Origin: Acaryochloris thomasi RCC1774
GTDB lineage: Bacteria > Cyanobacteriota > Cyanobacteriia > Thermosynechococcales > Thermosynechococcaceae
NCBI RefSeq assembly: GCF_003231495.1
Contig: NZ_PQWO01000010.1
Location: forward strand, 30,001-62,000
Length of the DNA: 32,000 nucleotides
Reading direction: 5' to 3'
Shown here: piece by piece, positions 31,719-32,000 of the stretch
How positions within the stretch are numbered: the first letter of the stretch is position 1
How the letters are laid out: each line of letters begins with the position of its first letter
Notes under the pieces: generated by a model
Databases searched by the model: none
What the model saw: the letters and a program-made list of their open reading frames with translations, nothing else
Told to the model about the DNA's origin: nothing
Made by a program: the position numbers and the translations under genes

Positions 31719-32000
31719 ATGGTCAGTCAGGGTGTGGATAATCCCATTGGTTTACCGGCATTTGGGCGGCTGACCCAGTTATTGCTGCTGGCCGTCACCG
31801 TTTTGGTCTACTGCGTTTTGGGCATTGTCATTGCCAACTCTTTGTTTGTCAGTTACGTCGGGGCGAGTCATCTGCCGATTGCGTTTATCTGCATTGGCCT
31901 ATGTTCGATGCCGGCCTACGTCTTATTCTCGCAGGTTGCTGATCGCTACAGCCGTCTAAAGCTCTTCCGTTACGTGCTGCTGCTGTCGATGGTTTTGGCT
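31719..32000 (+). CDS. Polytopic membrane protein (MFS-like N-terminus), truncated by the right window edge
   Basis: My own reading from the ATG at 31719 gives MVSQGVDNPIGLPAFGRLTQLLLLAVTVLVYCVLGIVIANSLFVSYVGASHLPIAFICIGLCSMPAYVLFSQVADRYSRLKLFRYVLLLSMVLA. The frame is open to the end of the window. It is not in the track because it has no stop. It starts 11 nt after the MFS gene. Confidence 0.6.
   Translation, partial: MVSQGVDNPIGLPAFGRLTQLLLLAVTVLVYCVLGIVIANSLFVSYVGASHLPIAFICIGLCSMPAYVLFSQVADRYSRLKLFRYVLLLSMVLA

Noticed and set aside
1-32000. Search for CRISPR arrays, tRNA/rRNA genes, and IS elements with terminal inverted repeats
   Set aside because: I saw no regularly spaced direct repeats, no tRNA-like T-arm (GGTTCGAATCC-type) outside coding context, no rRNA-like sequence and no transposase motifs. 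The only tandem repeat is the 12-bp coding repeat at 16506-16561.

Overview
This window looks cyanobacterial. I found 12 copies of the HIP1 octamer GCGATCGC by eye, plus DUF2887/DUF4351 and DUF1400-type proteins and cyanobacterial-style pilins. About half of it encodes cell-surface functions. (1) Positions 1-4625 hold an AT-rich, tightly packed minus-strand operon. It encodes a Wzm/Wzt-type glycan ABC exporter, a PAPS-type sulfotransferase, and an ORF missing from the supplied track that runs off the left edge. That ORF fuses a radical-SAM/twitch-like domain to a polysaccharide pyruvyl-transferase domain. (2) Next come a GT26 (TagA/WecG-like) transferase, a WbaP-like initiating phosphoglycosyl transferase, and an 842-aa O-antigen-ligase-family protein that contains a C9 homopolymer. 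(3) A vapB antitoxin sits beside a decayed vapC. (4) A second AT-rich block carries two paralogous type IV pilin genes separated by an 800-bp ORF-free spacer. The second pilin gene is followed 21 nt later by a TPR/GT41 O-GlcNAc-transferase-like gene, which converges on a gene for an FkbM methyltransferase with a long unknown N-terminal domain. (5) The remainder is housekeeping or backbone: an Rpn-like DUF2887 nuclease with a (QEGR)n coding repeat, a Gfo/Idh/MocA oxidoreductase, comF, queA, a DUF4126 protein, a cation/H+ antiporter, truB, two tandem DUF1400-alpha/beta-hydrolase paralogs, a disordered Pro/Ala/Arg-rich membrane protein, and an SLC45/sucrose-transporter-like MFS protein. I saw no rRNA, tRNA or CRISPR array. 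The most promising candidate for something undescribed is the sulfotransferase + rSAM-pyruvyltransferase + Wzt(C-terminal domain) module. The pilin-pilin-GT41-FkbM glycosylation cassette comes second.
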